From Rhodospirillales bacterium (GTDB lineage Bacteria > Pseudomonadota > Alphaproteobacteria > Rhodospirillales > Shumkoniaceae), in the NCBI GenBank assembly GCA_018432935.1, contig JAHDSF010000047.1:4463-68462 (forward strand): a stretch of DNA of 64,000 nt, given 5' to 3'. The translations under genes were made by a program, and so were the position numbers. Below, one piece after another: positions 10,067 to 19,520 of this stretch; positions within the stretch are counted from its first letter, which is position 1; each line of letters begins with the position of its first letter. The notes beneath the pieces were generated by a model. That model had not been told where the DNA came from. It saw only the letters and a list, made by a program, of their open reading frames with translations, and did no database searches.

Positions 10067-11550
10067 CAGCCATCCCTTCGCGTGGCAACCAGCGCCCTGA
10101 AGGCGCGGTAGTGATCGTCCCAGGCCTGACGGCCGCCGGCTTGCGGCTCGCGCCGCGCGACCTCGCGCACCATGGCCGCGGCGGTATCGCTCCAGGATCC
10201 GGCGAACCAGGCATTCATGGCCGCCACCATGGCCGAGCCGAACGCCGATTCGGGATGGGCGGCGCGGCAGACGGGACGGCCGAGGACGTCGGCGCGGATC
10301 TGCATCCAGACGTCCACCTCGGCGCCCTTGCCGGTGGTCCACACCGTGCCGCCACACGCCGCCCCCAGTTCGGCCGCCACCTCGTAGCCCCAGCGCTCGA
10401 TGCAGGCGAGCCCTTCGAGACAGGATCGGTAGAGCAGGACGGCATCGCCGCCCCTGACTGTCGTGAAGGGCTGGAACGCGCCATCGACGAAGGGGAATCG
10501 CTCTCCCGGCGCCGGCAGCGGATACGTGAAGGTCCCCGACGGCAGGCCGCTGGTGACGCCGGTCTCGAGGGCCGCCAGAACGGCGCCGGCATCGTTCGAG
10601 CCGGCGGCGCACAGCGCGGCGATGCCCGCGCCGCCCGCGTTGCCGGCCCCGCCGGGGAGGAACCCGCCGCCGGGGTGACGGTGGCAGTACATCCGCCCCT
10701 CGCGGTCGCATGCCAGGGCCGAGGCGATCACTTTCCAGACCATGGTGGTGCCCAGGGTCGTGTTCCCGTCCCCGATGGCGCCGGCGCCGGAGGCCGTGCA
10801 CCCGGCGGTGCCGTCGGACATCCCGGCGACGATCCGGCAATCCCGTGGCAGGCCCAGAGCCTCCGCGGCCGCGGCGCCCACGGTTCCGATCGTGGTGCCG
10901 ATCGGCGCCACCCCGGGCAGCCGCGTCGCGTCGATGCCGACGGCTCCCAGGTAGCCTGGCCAGCAGCGGTCCAGAATGTCGTAGCCGGTTTTCAGCGCGT
11001 TGGACTCGTCGCTGACGATCTCGGCGGGCGGCTGACCGGCAAGGCGGGCCGTCACCAGGTCGGATTGATGGGCGAAGCAGACCGCCTTGTCCATCAGCGC
11101 CGCCTCGTGGTTCACCAGCCACAGGATCTTGGCCAGCGCGAACGAGGCGTTGAAGCGGTAGCCGAGCCGGTTGAGAGTCGCCTCCGCGGCAGCATTGAGC
11201 CGCTCAGCCTCCGTCTTGGCGCGGCCGTCGTTGTACATCAGGCCGGGGCGGAGCGGTCGGCCGGCGCGGTCCAGCGGGACGATGGTCCCCGAGGTCGCGT
11301 CCACCGCCAGCGCGGCAATCCCTGCGGGGTCTCTGCCGGCCTGGCGGAGCGCCGACACCGCCTGGCCGATCGCCTTGCAGGCCGCCTGCCACCACAGGTC
11401 CGCATCCTGCTCGCGGCCCTGCCCCGCGGCGACCGGGGCGGGCAACGCTGCGGCGCCCCGCGCCGCCACGTTTCCTTGCGGGTCGACGGCGACAACCTTG
11501 ACGCCCGAGGTGCCGATGTCGACGCCGAGAACGAAGCCTTGCCGGGGCAT
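10066..11550 (-). CDS. FGGY-family carbohydrate kinase
   Basis: 494-aa ORF with N-terminus GVDIGTSGVKVVAVD (actin-like ATPase phosphate-1 motif) and an FGGY N- and C-domain layout. Confidence 0.85.
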   Translation of the reverse strand: MPRQGFVLGVDIGTSGVKVVAVDPQGNVAARGAAALPAPVAAGQGREQDADLWWQAACKAIGQAVSALRQAGRDPAGIAALAVDATSGTIVPLDRAGRPLRPGLMYNDGRAKTEAERLNAAAEATLNRLGYRFNASFALAKILWLVNHEAALMDKAVCFAHQSDLVTARLAGQPPAEIVSDESNALKTGYDILDRCWPGYLGAVGIDATRLPGVAPIGTTIGTVGAAAAEALGLPRDCRIVAGMSDGTAGCTASGAGAIGDGNTTLGTTMVWKVIASALACDREGRMYCHRHPGGGFLPGGAGNAGGAGIAALCAAGSNDAGAVLAALETGVTSGLPSGTFTYPLPAPGERFPFVDGAFQPFTTVRGGDAVLLYRSCLEGLACIERWGYEVAAELGAACGGTVWTTGKGAEVDVWMQIRADVLGRPVCRAAHPESAFGSAMVAAMNAWFAGSWSDTAAAMVREVARREPQAGGRQAWDDHYRAFRALVATRRDG

Positions 11551-11593
11551 AGGGCGTTCCTCCGTGGTTTCCTGCCCGCCGGTCTTGCTCCGG

Positions 11594-12205
11594 CTAGTCG
11601 GCCGCCGCCGCCGCGCCGACGCGGCCGCTCACCATTCGGGCGACTGCCGCCACCTGAGCGGTTTCCTCGATCAACTCCACCACGTGCTGGGCGGCGAGGA
11701 TGGTCTTGCCCACCCCCACCGAGCCGTGGTCTTCAAGAATCATCGCCCGCAGCTTGGGGTCGCGGTAGGCGGCCACGATCGCCTCCGGGTCCTGGTTGCC
11801 GCGACCCGGGCCGCATGGGATCACGGGGATGCGGGCGAGCTTGGCCCGTGCATGGACCGTCATGCACGGGATCTCCTGATTGGTCGAGGCCCACGCGGTC
11901 GCCCACGGGGAGTGCACGTGGACGATGCCGCCGACGTCCTCGCGGACGCGATAGATGCCGAGGTGGAACGGCATGTCCTTGCTGGGCTTGGCGGAGCCTT
12001 CCACGATGGTGCCGTCGAGTGCGACCACCAGCAGGTTGTCCTCGTCGCATTCGAAGAAGCCGACCCCGCTCGGCTTGATCACCACCAGGTTGCGGTCGGT
12101 ACAGCGGATGCTGAGGTTTCCGCCGGTGCCGGTCTGCAGGCCGCGCTCGAAGCACCGCTTGGCCACTGTCATCAGCTCGCGCTTCTTTGCGATCCGATCG
12201 TTCAA
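11594..12205 (-). CDS. Class II aldolase/adducin-family protein
   Basis: C-terminal part of ORF 11594..12742. Motifs GTGGNLS, IVHVHSPWA and LEDHGSVGVG (metal ligands retained). Preferred start is TTG at 12205, with AAGGAG 8 nt upstream, overlapping the upstream TGA (TTGA). An alternative ATG lies at 12172. Confidence 0.8.
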   Translation of the reverse strand: MNDRIAKKRELMTVAKRCFERGLQTGTGGNLSIRCTDRNLVVIKPSGVGFFECDEDNLLVVALDGTIVEGSAKPSKDMPFHLGIYRVREDVGGIVHVHSPWATAWASTNQEIPCMTVHARAKLARIPVIPCGPGRGNQDPEAIVAAYRDPKLRAMILEDHGSVGVGKTILAAQHVVELIEETAQVAAVARMVSGRVGAAAAAD

Positions 12206-13452
12206 GACTTCTTCTCCTTCGCAAGCATCATGTCCTTCAGCAGCGCGCAGCACGCGGCGACGAAAGGACGGTCGTTGACGTTGGCGTCGATTTCGATGAT
12301 CCGCACGTGCGGTCTCGCGGTGGCCTTCAAGGCCTCGGCGAAGGCTGCGTTCGCTTCGGGGTCCCAGATCCTGCCGCCCGGGCAGTCCTGGTCGGAAAAG
12401 CCCAGCCGGGGGATCATCACTGCGGTGGGGCCGGTCGCCAGGTTCAGCTTGCGCGCGAACACGGCGGCGACCTCGCGCATCCCCGCCACATCGACCCGGA
12501 CGTGGGTGAAGAAGGGGCTGTGCCGGTAGTGCAGCCGCTTCACTTCCGCGGCGGGAACGGTCTCGATCGGCCCCCGGCTGATCATGCTGACCCCGCCCGG
12601 CACCACCACCTGCGGCACCCCCAACCGCCCCGCCGTCTCCAGCCTTTCCGGCCCTGGCTTGCCGGTGCCGTCGAAGACGTCGTCGGTGATCTCGTGGGTG
12701 GTCAGGTCGAGCACGCCCGGGAACAGGCCGAGGCCGATCCACTCCTCGAAGGCGCGGCCTCCGGGGCCGGTGGCGTGGAAGCTTGCGACCTCGAAGCCGT
12801 CGGCCTCCAGGATCTCCCGGGCGGCGAGGAGAGCCGGTGTCGTGATGCCGAGGCCGGTGAGCCCGATCACCGGCTTGCCCGTCGGCGGGGGAGCCGGAGC
12901 CGCCGCCATGCCAAGGAGGGCCGCGGCAGCGCCGTTGAGGATGCCGCGCAGGATGGGATTCAAGCCGAGCACGTCGGCCACCGAGGGGATGACCACGATG
13001 TCCCTGGTGCCGAGGTGCGGCCGGATGTCGTAGGGCAGCGTCGAGACCAGGATTTTCGGAAGCCCCAAGGGCAACGCCCGCATCACGGTCGCTGCCACCC
13101 AGGTACCGACGCCGCCGCCGATCGAGATCACGCCCGAGACGCTTCCCTCCGCGAGCCAGGCGGACAGGACCGCGGTCGCGCCCTCGGCCATCGCCCGCAT
13201 GGGGGCGATCTTGTCCTCGGCCCTCGCCAGCAGCTCGCCGACGGTGGTGCCGAGGCGGGCGGCGATCTCCTCGCGGGTGACGTCGGCCGGAATCGTCGGG
13301 GTTCCCTTGACGCCGACGTCGACCACCCTGGCACGGGCGCCAAGGACGGCGAAGCGCTCCCTGAGGAAGGCGATCTCCGGCCCCTTGGTGTCGAGGGTAC
13401 CGATGATGACGGGGTGGCGCGTCACGGTCGCCGGCCCGAAAGAGTCCGCCAT
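12202..13452 (-). CDS. UPF0261 / Tm-1-like ATP-binding domain protein
   Basis: Uses an internal ATG of ORF 12202..13824 (MADSFGPATVTRHPVIIGTLDTKGPEIAFL...). The IGTLDTKG N-terminus and ISIGGGVGT block match my recollection of the UPF0261 (PF06792) family. Confidence 0.8.
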   Translation of the reverse strand: MADSFGPATVTRHPVIIGTLDTKGPEIAFLRERFAVLGARARVVDVGVKGTPTIPADVTREEIAARLGTTVGELLARAEDKIAPMRAMAEGATAVLSAWLAEGSVSGVISIGGGVGTWVAATVMRALPLGLPKILVSTLPYDIRPHLGTRDIVVIPSVADVLGLNPILRGILNGAAAALLGMAAAPAPPPTGKPVIGLTGLGITTPALLAAREILEADGFEVASFHATGPGGRAFEEWIGLGLFPGVLDLTTHEITDDVFDGTGKPGPERLETAGRLGVPQVVVPGGVSMISRGPIETVPAAEVKRLHYRHSPFFTHVRVDVAGMREVAAVFARKLNLATGPTAVMIPRLGFSDQDCPGGRIWDPEANAAFAEALKATARPHVRIIEIDANVNDRPFVAACCALLKDMMLAKEKKS

Positions 13453-13457
13453 CCTGT

Positions 13458-14297
13458 CTACCCCTTCACCGCGCCCGCCGTCAGGCCGGTGATGATCTGC
13501 TTCGAGGCGATGAAGGTGAAGATCAGCGGCGGGATGGCGATCAGGGTGCCGACCGCCATGATCTGGCCCCACTCGATGTTGTGCTCGGTGATGTACAGCG
13601 AGACCATCACCGGCATGGTGCGGGTGAAGCGGTTGGTCAGCACCAGGGCGAGGATGAATTCGTTCCAGGCGATGCGGAAGGTGAAGATGGCGGCCGCCGC
13701 CAGGCCGGGCCGGATCACCGGCAGCACGACCAGGAAGAAGGTCTGCAGCGGATTGGCCCCATCCATGCGCGCCGCCTCCTCGAGCTGGTTCGGCACCTGC
13801 TCGATGAAGCTTTGCAGGATCCACACCACGAACGGCAGGTTCAGTGCGATGTAGACGAGGATGACGCCGGAAAGGGTGTTCGAAAGGTCGAAGTCGTAGG
13901 TCCAGATCATGAAGACCGGGACCACCAGCACCGCCGGCGGCACCATGCGCAGGAGCAACGTGGCCACCGAGACGGTGTCGCGGCCCATGAAGCGGAAGCG
14001 CACCAGGGCGTAGGCGGCCATGCAGCCGACGACCAGGGTGACGGCGGTCGAGATCAAGCCGACCATGAGCGAGTTGGTGAGATAGCGCGCGAGGTGCTCC
14101 TGCTCGAACACGGCGACATAGTTCGACACCGTGGGCATGAACAGGAAATGCGCCTTGTCGTCGAAGATTTGGGTCTTGAGCTGCAGCGACGTCGTCAGCA
14201 TGAGGAGAATCGGCCCCAGGCAGACGAGCGACAGCGCGATCAGGAGCGCGTAATAGCCGATTAGGCCGAGGTCGCTGTTCTTGCGTCTTTTCGCCAC
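13458..14297 (-). CDS. Carbohydrate ABC transporter permease (MalG-like)
   Basis: 279-aa ORF with multiple TM helices and EAA loop QLEEAARMDGAN. Confidence 0.9.
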   Translation of the reverse strand: MAKRRKNSDLGLIGYYALLIALSLVCLGPILLMLTTSLQLKTQIFDDKAHFLFMPTVSNYVAVFEQEHLARYLTNSLMVGLISTAVTLVVGCMAAYALVRFRFMGRDTVSVATLLLRMVPPAVLVVPVFMIWTYDFDLSNTLSGVILVYIALNLPFVVWILQSFIEQVPNQLEEAARMDGANPLQTFFLVVLPVIRPGLAAAAIFTFRIAWNEFILALVLTNRFTRTMPVMVSLYITEHNIEWGQIMAVGTLIAIPPLIFTFIASKQIITGLTAGAVKG

Positions 14298-14307
14298 CGC
14301 CGTCCTC

Positions 14308-15309
14308 CTACATCGCCACTTTGCGCGCCTGCCGCTCGCGCGCCTTGCTGAAGACGAAGAGCGCGACCGACAGCGCGAGCACGATCAGGAGAAGCAGGTT
14401 CGACAGCGCCGACGCGCGTCCCAGCTGCTGGCTGACGAACGCGGTCTTGTAGATGTGCAGGGACAGGATCTCGGTGCTGAGCCCCGGTCCGCCGTCGGTC
14501 ATGATGTAGATGACCTCCAGCACCTTGAAGGCGTCGATCAGGCGCAGCAGCGTGGCGATGATGATGACCGGCATCATCAGCGGCAGCTTGACGTGCCAGA
14601 TCGTCTGCCAGGTGTTCGCCCCGTCGACGCGCGCCGCCTCGATCGCCGAGGCCGGCAGGCTCTGCAGCGCCGCCATGGCGAGGATGAAGATGAACGGCGT
14701 CCACTGCCAGACGTCGGCGATGATGACCGAGGTGAGCGCCATCTCCTGAGACGACAGCCAGGGCACGCCGCCGATGCCGACGGCCTTGGCAATCTTGTTC
14801 AGGATGCCGAACTGCTCGCTGTACATGAACCGCCAGATCAGGCCCACCACCACCGGCGCGACCATCATCGGCAGGATGAATACGGTGCGGAACAGCGACA
14901 TGCCGCGGATCGGCCGTTCCAGGAGCAGGGCGAGCGCCACTCCGAGAAGCACCTCGAGGACCACCACCGTGAAGGCGAAGGTGAGCGTCACCCCGGTGGA
15001 GGTGTAGACGTTGGGATCCCGGAGCAGGGACAGGTAGTTCTCCCACCCCGAGAAGACCGCGGATTCGGGCGCCATGCCCAGCTTCCAGTCCTGGAAGCTG
15101 AGCCAGACCGACCGGCAGACCGGATACAGCAGGCCAACCCCCATGAAGGCGAGGGCCGGCAGCAGGAACAGGTACGGGGTCGAGCGGTTGAGCAGACGCT
15201 TGCCCCGTCGCGCCCGCCGCCCGGTATGCGGGCGGGGACGGGAGGGGGCGTCCCCCAGGGCCGGGCCCTGGGGGACGTGCAGCGTCGTCTGGTCTGCCGT
15301 GGTCGGCAC
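14308..15309 (-). CDS. Carbohydrate ABC transporter permease (MalF-like)
   Basis: C-terminal part of ORF 14308..15459, with EAA loop AIEAARVDGAN. Start taken at GTG 15309, immediately after the SBP stop (15312), with GGAG 9 nt upstream. Confidence 0.85.
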   Translation of the reverse strand: MPTTADQTTLHVPQGPALGDAPSRPRPHTGRRARRGKRLLNRSTPYLFLLPALAFMGVGLLYPVCRSVWLSFQDWKLGMAPESAVFSGWENYLSLLRDPNVYTSTGVTLTFAFTVVVLEVLLGVALALLLERPIRGMSLFRTVFILPMMVAPVVVGLIWRFMYSEQFGILNKIAKAVGIGGVPWLSSQEMALTSVIIADVWQWTPFIFILAMAALQSLPASAIEAARVDGANTWQTIWHVKLPLMMPVIIIATLLRLIDAFKVLEVIYIMTDGGPGLSTEILSLHIYKTAFVSQQLGRASALSNLLLLIVLALSVALFVFSKARERQARKVAM

Positions 15310-15311
15310 GC

Positions 15312-16652
15312 TTACTTGCTCCAGCTGTAGTAGCCGGCCTTGGTCATGATCTCGACCACCCGCGGCTTGATGTCGGCGAACGCCTGCTCGATCGTCTTCT
15401 TGCCGGTCATCGCCTCGGAGAGCGCGACGCCCAGCGTGGGGGCGTTCAGCTCGCCCCACTCCGCGATCAGCGGGCGCCAGTCATAGGCGGCCGCCTTGAA
15501 GGCCTCGGCGAACATCGGATAGTACGGGAACTTCTTCTGCAGCTCGGGGTCGAGATAGGTCGACATCCGGCTCGGCGAGCCGCCGGCAAGCGCGATCTTC
15601 TTGTCGGTCGCCTTGCTGGTCAGCCATTGCAGGAGCAGGAACGCCGCCTCCTTGTTCTTCGAGTTGGCCGGGATGGCGATGCCGAAGCCGCCGGTCTGGG
15701 ACGCCTTGACCTTGCCCTTGGGGTGCGGCGCCCAGCCGATCTTGCCTACAATCTTGGACTTCTCGGGGTTCTCGGCCTCGCCGGCGACCGAGACGGAATC
15801 GAGATACATCGCCGCCTTGCCCTGCAGGAAGGCGTTCTTCATCTCGTCGAAGCCGAACGCGGTGCCGCCTTCCGGCCCGCAGTCGAGGATCTTCTTCAAG
15901 TACTGGGCCGCCTTGATGCCCTCGGGGCTGTCGTAGACCGGCTTCCAGTGATCGTCGAACACGGTGCCACCCAGCGGGTTCAGGTGCAGGAGCCACGCGT
16001 GGCCGACCTGGTGGCCGGCGGCGCCGCGGCTGGTGAGGCCGGACATGCCGGGCTCGAGGTCCTTGAACTTGCAGACGAGGTCCATCATCTCGTCGTAGGT
16101 TTCGGGAACCTTCAGGTTGTGCTTGGCGAAGATGTCCTTGCGGTAGCCGAGCACCGAGGTCTCGGAGCCGAACGGAACGCCGTAGAGCGCGCCGGTGACG
16201 CCGGTGAGATAACCCTTCTTGCCGCCGACGATGCCGACCGGCTCGATGTACGCCTTGAGGATGTCCTCGGGATCGTAGTCGGGGTCGGCGAGCGCCGCGT
16301 TGACGAAGAACGGCGCAAGCGGCGACAGCAGGTTCTTCGCCACGTACTCGGTCTTCCACATGATGACGTAGGAGATGAGGTCGTAGTCGCCCTGCGGCTT
16401 GCTCATCTCCAGCACCTGCTTGTCGTGCATGCGCATGTACTGGAGCTTGTCGACCTCGACCTTGATGCCGGTCTCCTTGGTGAAGTCGGGCAGCACCTTG
16501 GCGACCGCGTCGTAGTGCGGGTGGGCCGGGAAGTTCACGACCAGCGTGGTGCCCTTGTACTTGTCGTAGGGGCTGGCCAGCGCCGTCGTCAGCGCCAGCA
16601 GGCTTACCGCGGCTCCCAGGGCCACGCTCGTCAGCGCCTTTTGGATTCTCAT
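15312..16652 (-). CDS. Sugar ABC transporter substrate-binding protein (family 1)
   Basis: 446-aa ORF with signal peptide MRIQKALTSVALGAAVSLLALTTALA and a solute-binding family 1 fold. Confidence 0.9.
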   Translation of the reverse strand: MRIQKALTSVALGAAVSLLALTTALASPYDKYKGTTLVVNFPAHPHYDAVAKVLPDFTKETGIKVEVDKLQYMRMHDKQVLEMSKPQGDYDLISYVIMWKTEYVAKNLLSPLAPFFVNAALADPDYDPEDILKAYIEPVGIVGGKKGYLTGVTGALYGVPFGSETSVLGYRKDIFAKHNLKVPETYDEMMDLVCKFKDLEPGMSGLTSRGAAGHQVGHAWLLHLNPLGGTVFDDHWKPVYDSPEGIKAAQYLKKILDCGPEGGTAFGFDEMKNAFLQGKAAMYLDSVSVAGEAENPEKSKIVGKIGWAPHPKGKVKASQTGGFGIAIPANSKNKEAAFLLLQWLTSKATDKKIALAGGSPSRMSTYLDPELQKKFPYYPMFAEAFKAAAYDWRPLIAEWGELNAPTLGVALSEAMTGKKTIEQAFADIKPRVVEIMTKAGYYSWSK

Positions 16653-16715
16653 TCGTCTCCTCCTGTCAGTGGTGGAGGTTTCCCGGCAAGGTGCCGGAGC
16701 CTCCGTTTCACGCCG

Positions 16716-17807
16716 TCAAAGAACGCGCTCGGTTGCCGGATCGAACAGGTAGATCGCCTCCGGAGCGACCCGGACCTGCACGGACTCGCCGACCGCGATC
16801 GGCGCGTCCGAGCCGATGTCGATGGTGACCTGCGTGTGCCCGATCTCGGACATCACGATCGAATTGCTGCCGATGTACTCGGAGACCACGACCGGCGCCC
16901 GGATCGCGTTTTCGGCGGACTGGCCGTCGGCGACCACCTGAAAGGCGGTAGGTCGGATGCCGATGGTGATCGGCCGCCCGCGGTGGGCCTTGAGCCTGCC
17001 CGCAGCATCCAGCGGCAGGCCGAGCGAGAAACCGTCGCCCACCACCGCGAGAGGGCCGTCGTTCGAGGCGAGCTCGGCGTCGAAGAAGTTCATCGAGGGA
17101 CTGCCGATGAAGCCAGCGACGAACTTGTTCGCGGGGCGCTTGAACAGCTCTTCGGGCGTCCCCGCCTGCATGATCTTGCCCTTCGACATGACGATGATCC
17201 GGTCGCCCAGGGTCATCGCCTCGATCTGGTCGTGGGTGACGTAGATCATGTTCTTCCTGATGCGCTGCCGCATCAGCGCCAGCTCGGCCCGCATCTGGGT
17301 TCGCAGCTTGGCATCCAGGTTGGACAGCGGCTCGTCGAACAGGAAGGTGGAGGCGTCGCGTACCAGGGCCCGGCCCATCGCCACCCGTTGCCGCTGTCCG
17401 CCCGAAAGCTCGCGCGGCTTCCGTCCCAACAGCTCGCGGATGCCCAGCATGTCGGCGACCTGCTCGATCCGGCGGGCGATCTCGGCCCGGTCGTAATGGG
17501 CGAGGCGGAGCGCGAACGACATGTTGCGCGCCACGTTCATGTGCGGATAGAGCGCGTAGTCCTGGAACACCATCGCGATGTCGCGCTCTTTGGGTTCCAG
17601 GTGGCTGACCGGCTTGCCGTTGATGTAGATCTCGCCGTCCGAGACATCCTCGAGCCCGGCGATCATCCGCAGCGTGGTGGACTTGCCGCACCCCGAGGGG
17701 CCGACCAGGACCGTGAACTCGTTGTCCCGCATGGTCAGGTTCAGCCCCTCGATGACGCTGATCGGCCCGAACCGCTTGGCGACGTTCTCAAGGACGATCT
17801 CGACCAC
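16716..17807 (-). CDS. Sugar ABC transporter ATP-binding protein (MalK/UgpC type)
   Basis: 363-aa ORF with [25 protein letters not shown] and a MalK-type C-terminal domain. Confidence 0.9.
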   Translation of the reverse strand: MVEIVLENVAKRFGPISVIEGLNLTMRDNEFTVLVGPSGCGKSTTLRMIAGLEDVSDGEIYINGKPVSHLEPKERDIAMVFQDYALYPHMNVARNMSFALRLAHYDRAEIARRIEQVADMLGIRELLGRKPRELSGGQRQRVAMGRALVRDASTFLFDEPLSNLDAKLRTQMRAELALMRQRIRKNMIYVTHDQIEAMTLGDRIIVMSKGKIMQAGTPEELFKRPANKFVAGFIGSPSMNFFDAELASNDGPLAVVGDGFSLGLPLDAAGRLKAHRGRPITIGIRPTAFQVVADGQSAENAIRAPVVVSEYIGSNSIVMSEIGHTQVTIDIGSDAPIAVGESVQVRVAPEAIYLFDPATERVL

Positions 17808-17822
17808 CTCTCGCCCCTTTCT

Positions 17823-18467
17823 TCAGCGGGCCTGGCCGTAGGAACCGAAGTGCAGCAGCACATCGTCCATCTGGGTCGGCGACAGCAGGCGCGGCTCGCC
17901 CACCGCCTTCGCCTGCAGGTAGACTCGCGCCATCAGCTCGACGATCTCCGAGACGGTGAAGGCCGACGCCACGTCCTTGCCCACGGTCAACAGGCCGTGG
18001 TTCGCCATCAGCACGGCGTTGTGAGGGCCGATCGCAGCCGCCGTAAGGCGCGCCAGGTCGTCGCTGCCGTAGGTGGCGTAGGGAGCCAGCGGCACCTTGT
18101 GACCGGAAAAGCCGACCAGATAGTGCATGGCTGGGATTTCCCAGCCCAGGCAGGCGACGGTCGTCGAATAAGCGGGGTGGGTGTGCACGACCGCGCCGAT
18201 CTCCGGCTTCACCCGGTAGACGGCGAGGTGCAGCGGCGTCTCGGTCGACGGTTTGCGGCTGCCCTCGACGACCTTGCCATCGAGGTCGACCAGCACGACG
18301 TCCTCGGCCCCGATCCTCGCATAGTCCATCGCGCTGGGGCTGATCGCCACCACGCCGGAGGCGCGGTCGAGAACGCTGATATTGCCGCCGGTCCCCGTGG
18401 TAAGTCCCGCCGGGACCAGCTTCATACCGTACTCGACAACCGCTTCGCGCTCGCTCTTCATCCGCAT
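17823..18467 (-). CDS. Class II aldolase (L-fuculose-phosphate aldolase-like)
   Basis: 214-aa ORF with TGTGGNIS, PSTETPLH, VVHTHPAYS and MANHGLLTVG. All FucA-type metal/acid residues are present. Confidence 0.85.
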   Translation of the reverse strand: MRMKSEREAVVEYGMKLVPAGLTTGTGGNISVLDRASGVVAISPSAMDYARIGAEDVVLVDLDGKVVEGSRKPSTETPLHLAVYRVKPEIGAVVHTHPAYSTTVACLGWEIPAMHYLVGFSGHKVPLAPYATYGSDDLARLTAAAIGPHNAVLMANHGLLTVGKDVASAFTVSEIVELMARVYLQAKAVGEPRLLSPTQMDDVLLHFGSYGQAR

Positions 18468-18515
18468 CGCTTCAATCCTCCGGTTAGGCCGGTCTTGTCC
18501 GGGCCGTTCAATCCT

Positions 18516-19376
18516 TCACCACGCAAACGCCGGAACGGCGAAGTCGGGCGTGACGCCCACACGCCTGCACAGCCGGTCCACCGCAGATTCGTCAAAAGGT
18601 TCCCCGATCTCGCGCGCGTGGATGCCGCCCAGGACCAGCACGCTCTTCAGGCCGGCGCTGCGCGCGCCCGCCACGTCGTGGCGGAGCGAATCGCCGACCA
18701 TCAGCGTGCGGTCCCGCACCGCTCCCAGCTCTTCCAGCGCCGCCTCGAAGATCTCGCGCCCGGGCTTGCCGAACATGCGCACCTCGCAGCCCATCTCGCG
18801 GTAGCGCTCGGCCACTGCGCCCGCGCCGTAGAGCAGCTCGCCGCCGCTCGGCGTTTGCAGGTCCGGGTCGAGGCAGATCATCACCAGCCGGCGTTCCGCC
18901 GCGCGGCGCAGCAGGGCCTCGTAGTCGGAAAACGGGCGGCGCTCGGCCTCGACCCCGGCATTGAGGATGAAGTCGGCCTCTTCGGGGCGGTCGACCCGGA
19001 CCACCGGCAGGCCGTCGAGCACGCCGCCGCCGTCCTGACGCGCCATCAGGAGGCAGCGCCGGCCGAGATCCCCGGACCATGGGAAAGCCCCGTCGGCGTG
19101 GCGGCGCCACGCCACCTCGCCGGACGAGACAATGGCGTCGAAGAGCCCGGCCGCGAACCCGAGATCGCGCAGCCGGGCCTGGTTGGCCTGCGCGCGGCGG
19201 CCGGAGTTGGTGACGACGGCGATCTTCTTGGCCGCGGCGCGCAGCTCGCGGAGCGCCTTCAGCGCCGCCGGGAAGGCCGCACTTCCTTCGTGCAGAACGC
19301 CCCACTGGTCGACCAGGAAAGCGTCGTAGGCCCCGGCGAGGGGACCGATTCCCGGCAGGTATACGGCGCCGCTCAC
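18516..19376 (-). CDS. HAD-superfamily class IIA hydrolase (TIGR01459-like)
   Basis: ORF 18516..19472 with motifs FLVDQWGVLH, VVTNSGR, GKP and VGDSLRHD. Start taken at GTG 19376 (VSGAVYLPG), preceded by GGAGCGGAGG. The ATG at 19472 lies inside a palindromic operator. Confidence 0.75.
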   Translation of the reverse strand: MSGAVYLPGIGPLAGAYDAFLVDQWGVLHEGSAAFPAALKALRELRAAAKKIAVVTNSGRRAQANQARLRDLGFAAGLFDAIVSSGEVAWRRHADGAFPWSGDLGRRCLLMARQDGGGVLDGLPVVRVDRPEEADFILNAGVEAERRPFSDYEALLRRAAERRLVMICLDPDLQTPSGGELLYGAGAVAERYREMGCEVRMFGKPGREIFEAALEELGAVRDRTLMVGDSLRHDVAGARSAGLKSVLVLGGIHAREIGEPFDESAVDRLCRRVGVTPDFAVPAFAW

Positions 19377-19461
19377 GCTTCCTCCGCTCCGAGAGCGGCC
19401 GGCACGGTTTGAACCTTCCGGGCCTGGCCCGCTCGTCGCCTTCGACATACAGAGCATTGTG

Positions 19462-19492
19462 CATGTCGACATGAATGGTCTATTGTGTACAA
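19462..19492. promoter_or_regulatory. Bipartite GntR-type operator/promoter motif (copy 1)
   Basis: CATGTCGACATG (19462-19473, perfect palindrome) and TTGTGTACAA (19483-19492), with centres 20 bp apart. It lies in the 144-bp divergent region between the HAD gene and the aldolase-domain gene. Confidence 0.55.
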
Positions 19493-19520
19493 AAAAACGC
19501 GGCTTGAAAAGGAGCTTGTT

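Noticed and set aside
1240-13824. Long N-terminal extensions of track ORFs (1240..3213, 4284..5933, 5144..7279, 8639..11122, 11594..12742, 12202..13824)
   Set aside because: Each extension is the out-of-frame read-through of the upstream gene and has Arg/Pro/Gly-rich composition. Internal starts with SD sequences or 4-nt overlaps give proteins of canonical family length.
15627-19412. 1261-aa plus-strand ORF, the longest in the track
   Set aside because: It runs antisense to five well-supported minus-strand genes (SBP, ATPase, aldolase, HAD). Its composition is Arg/Gly/Ala/Asp/Leu-rich and it has no recognisable motif. It is the typical stop-codon-poor antisense frame of GC-rich DNA.
19472-19485. 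Track ORF starts at 19472 (minus) and 19485 (plus)
   Set aside because: Both lie inside the palindromic/operator motifs of the divergent region and lack SD sequences. The downstream GTG starts (19376 and 19521) have GGAGG/AAGGAG sites and give family-typical N-termini.
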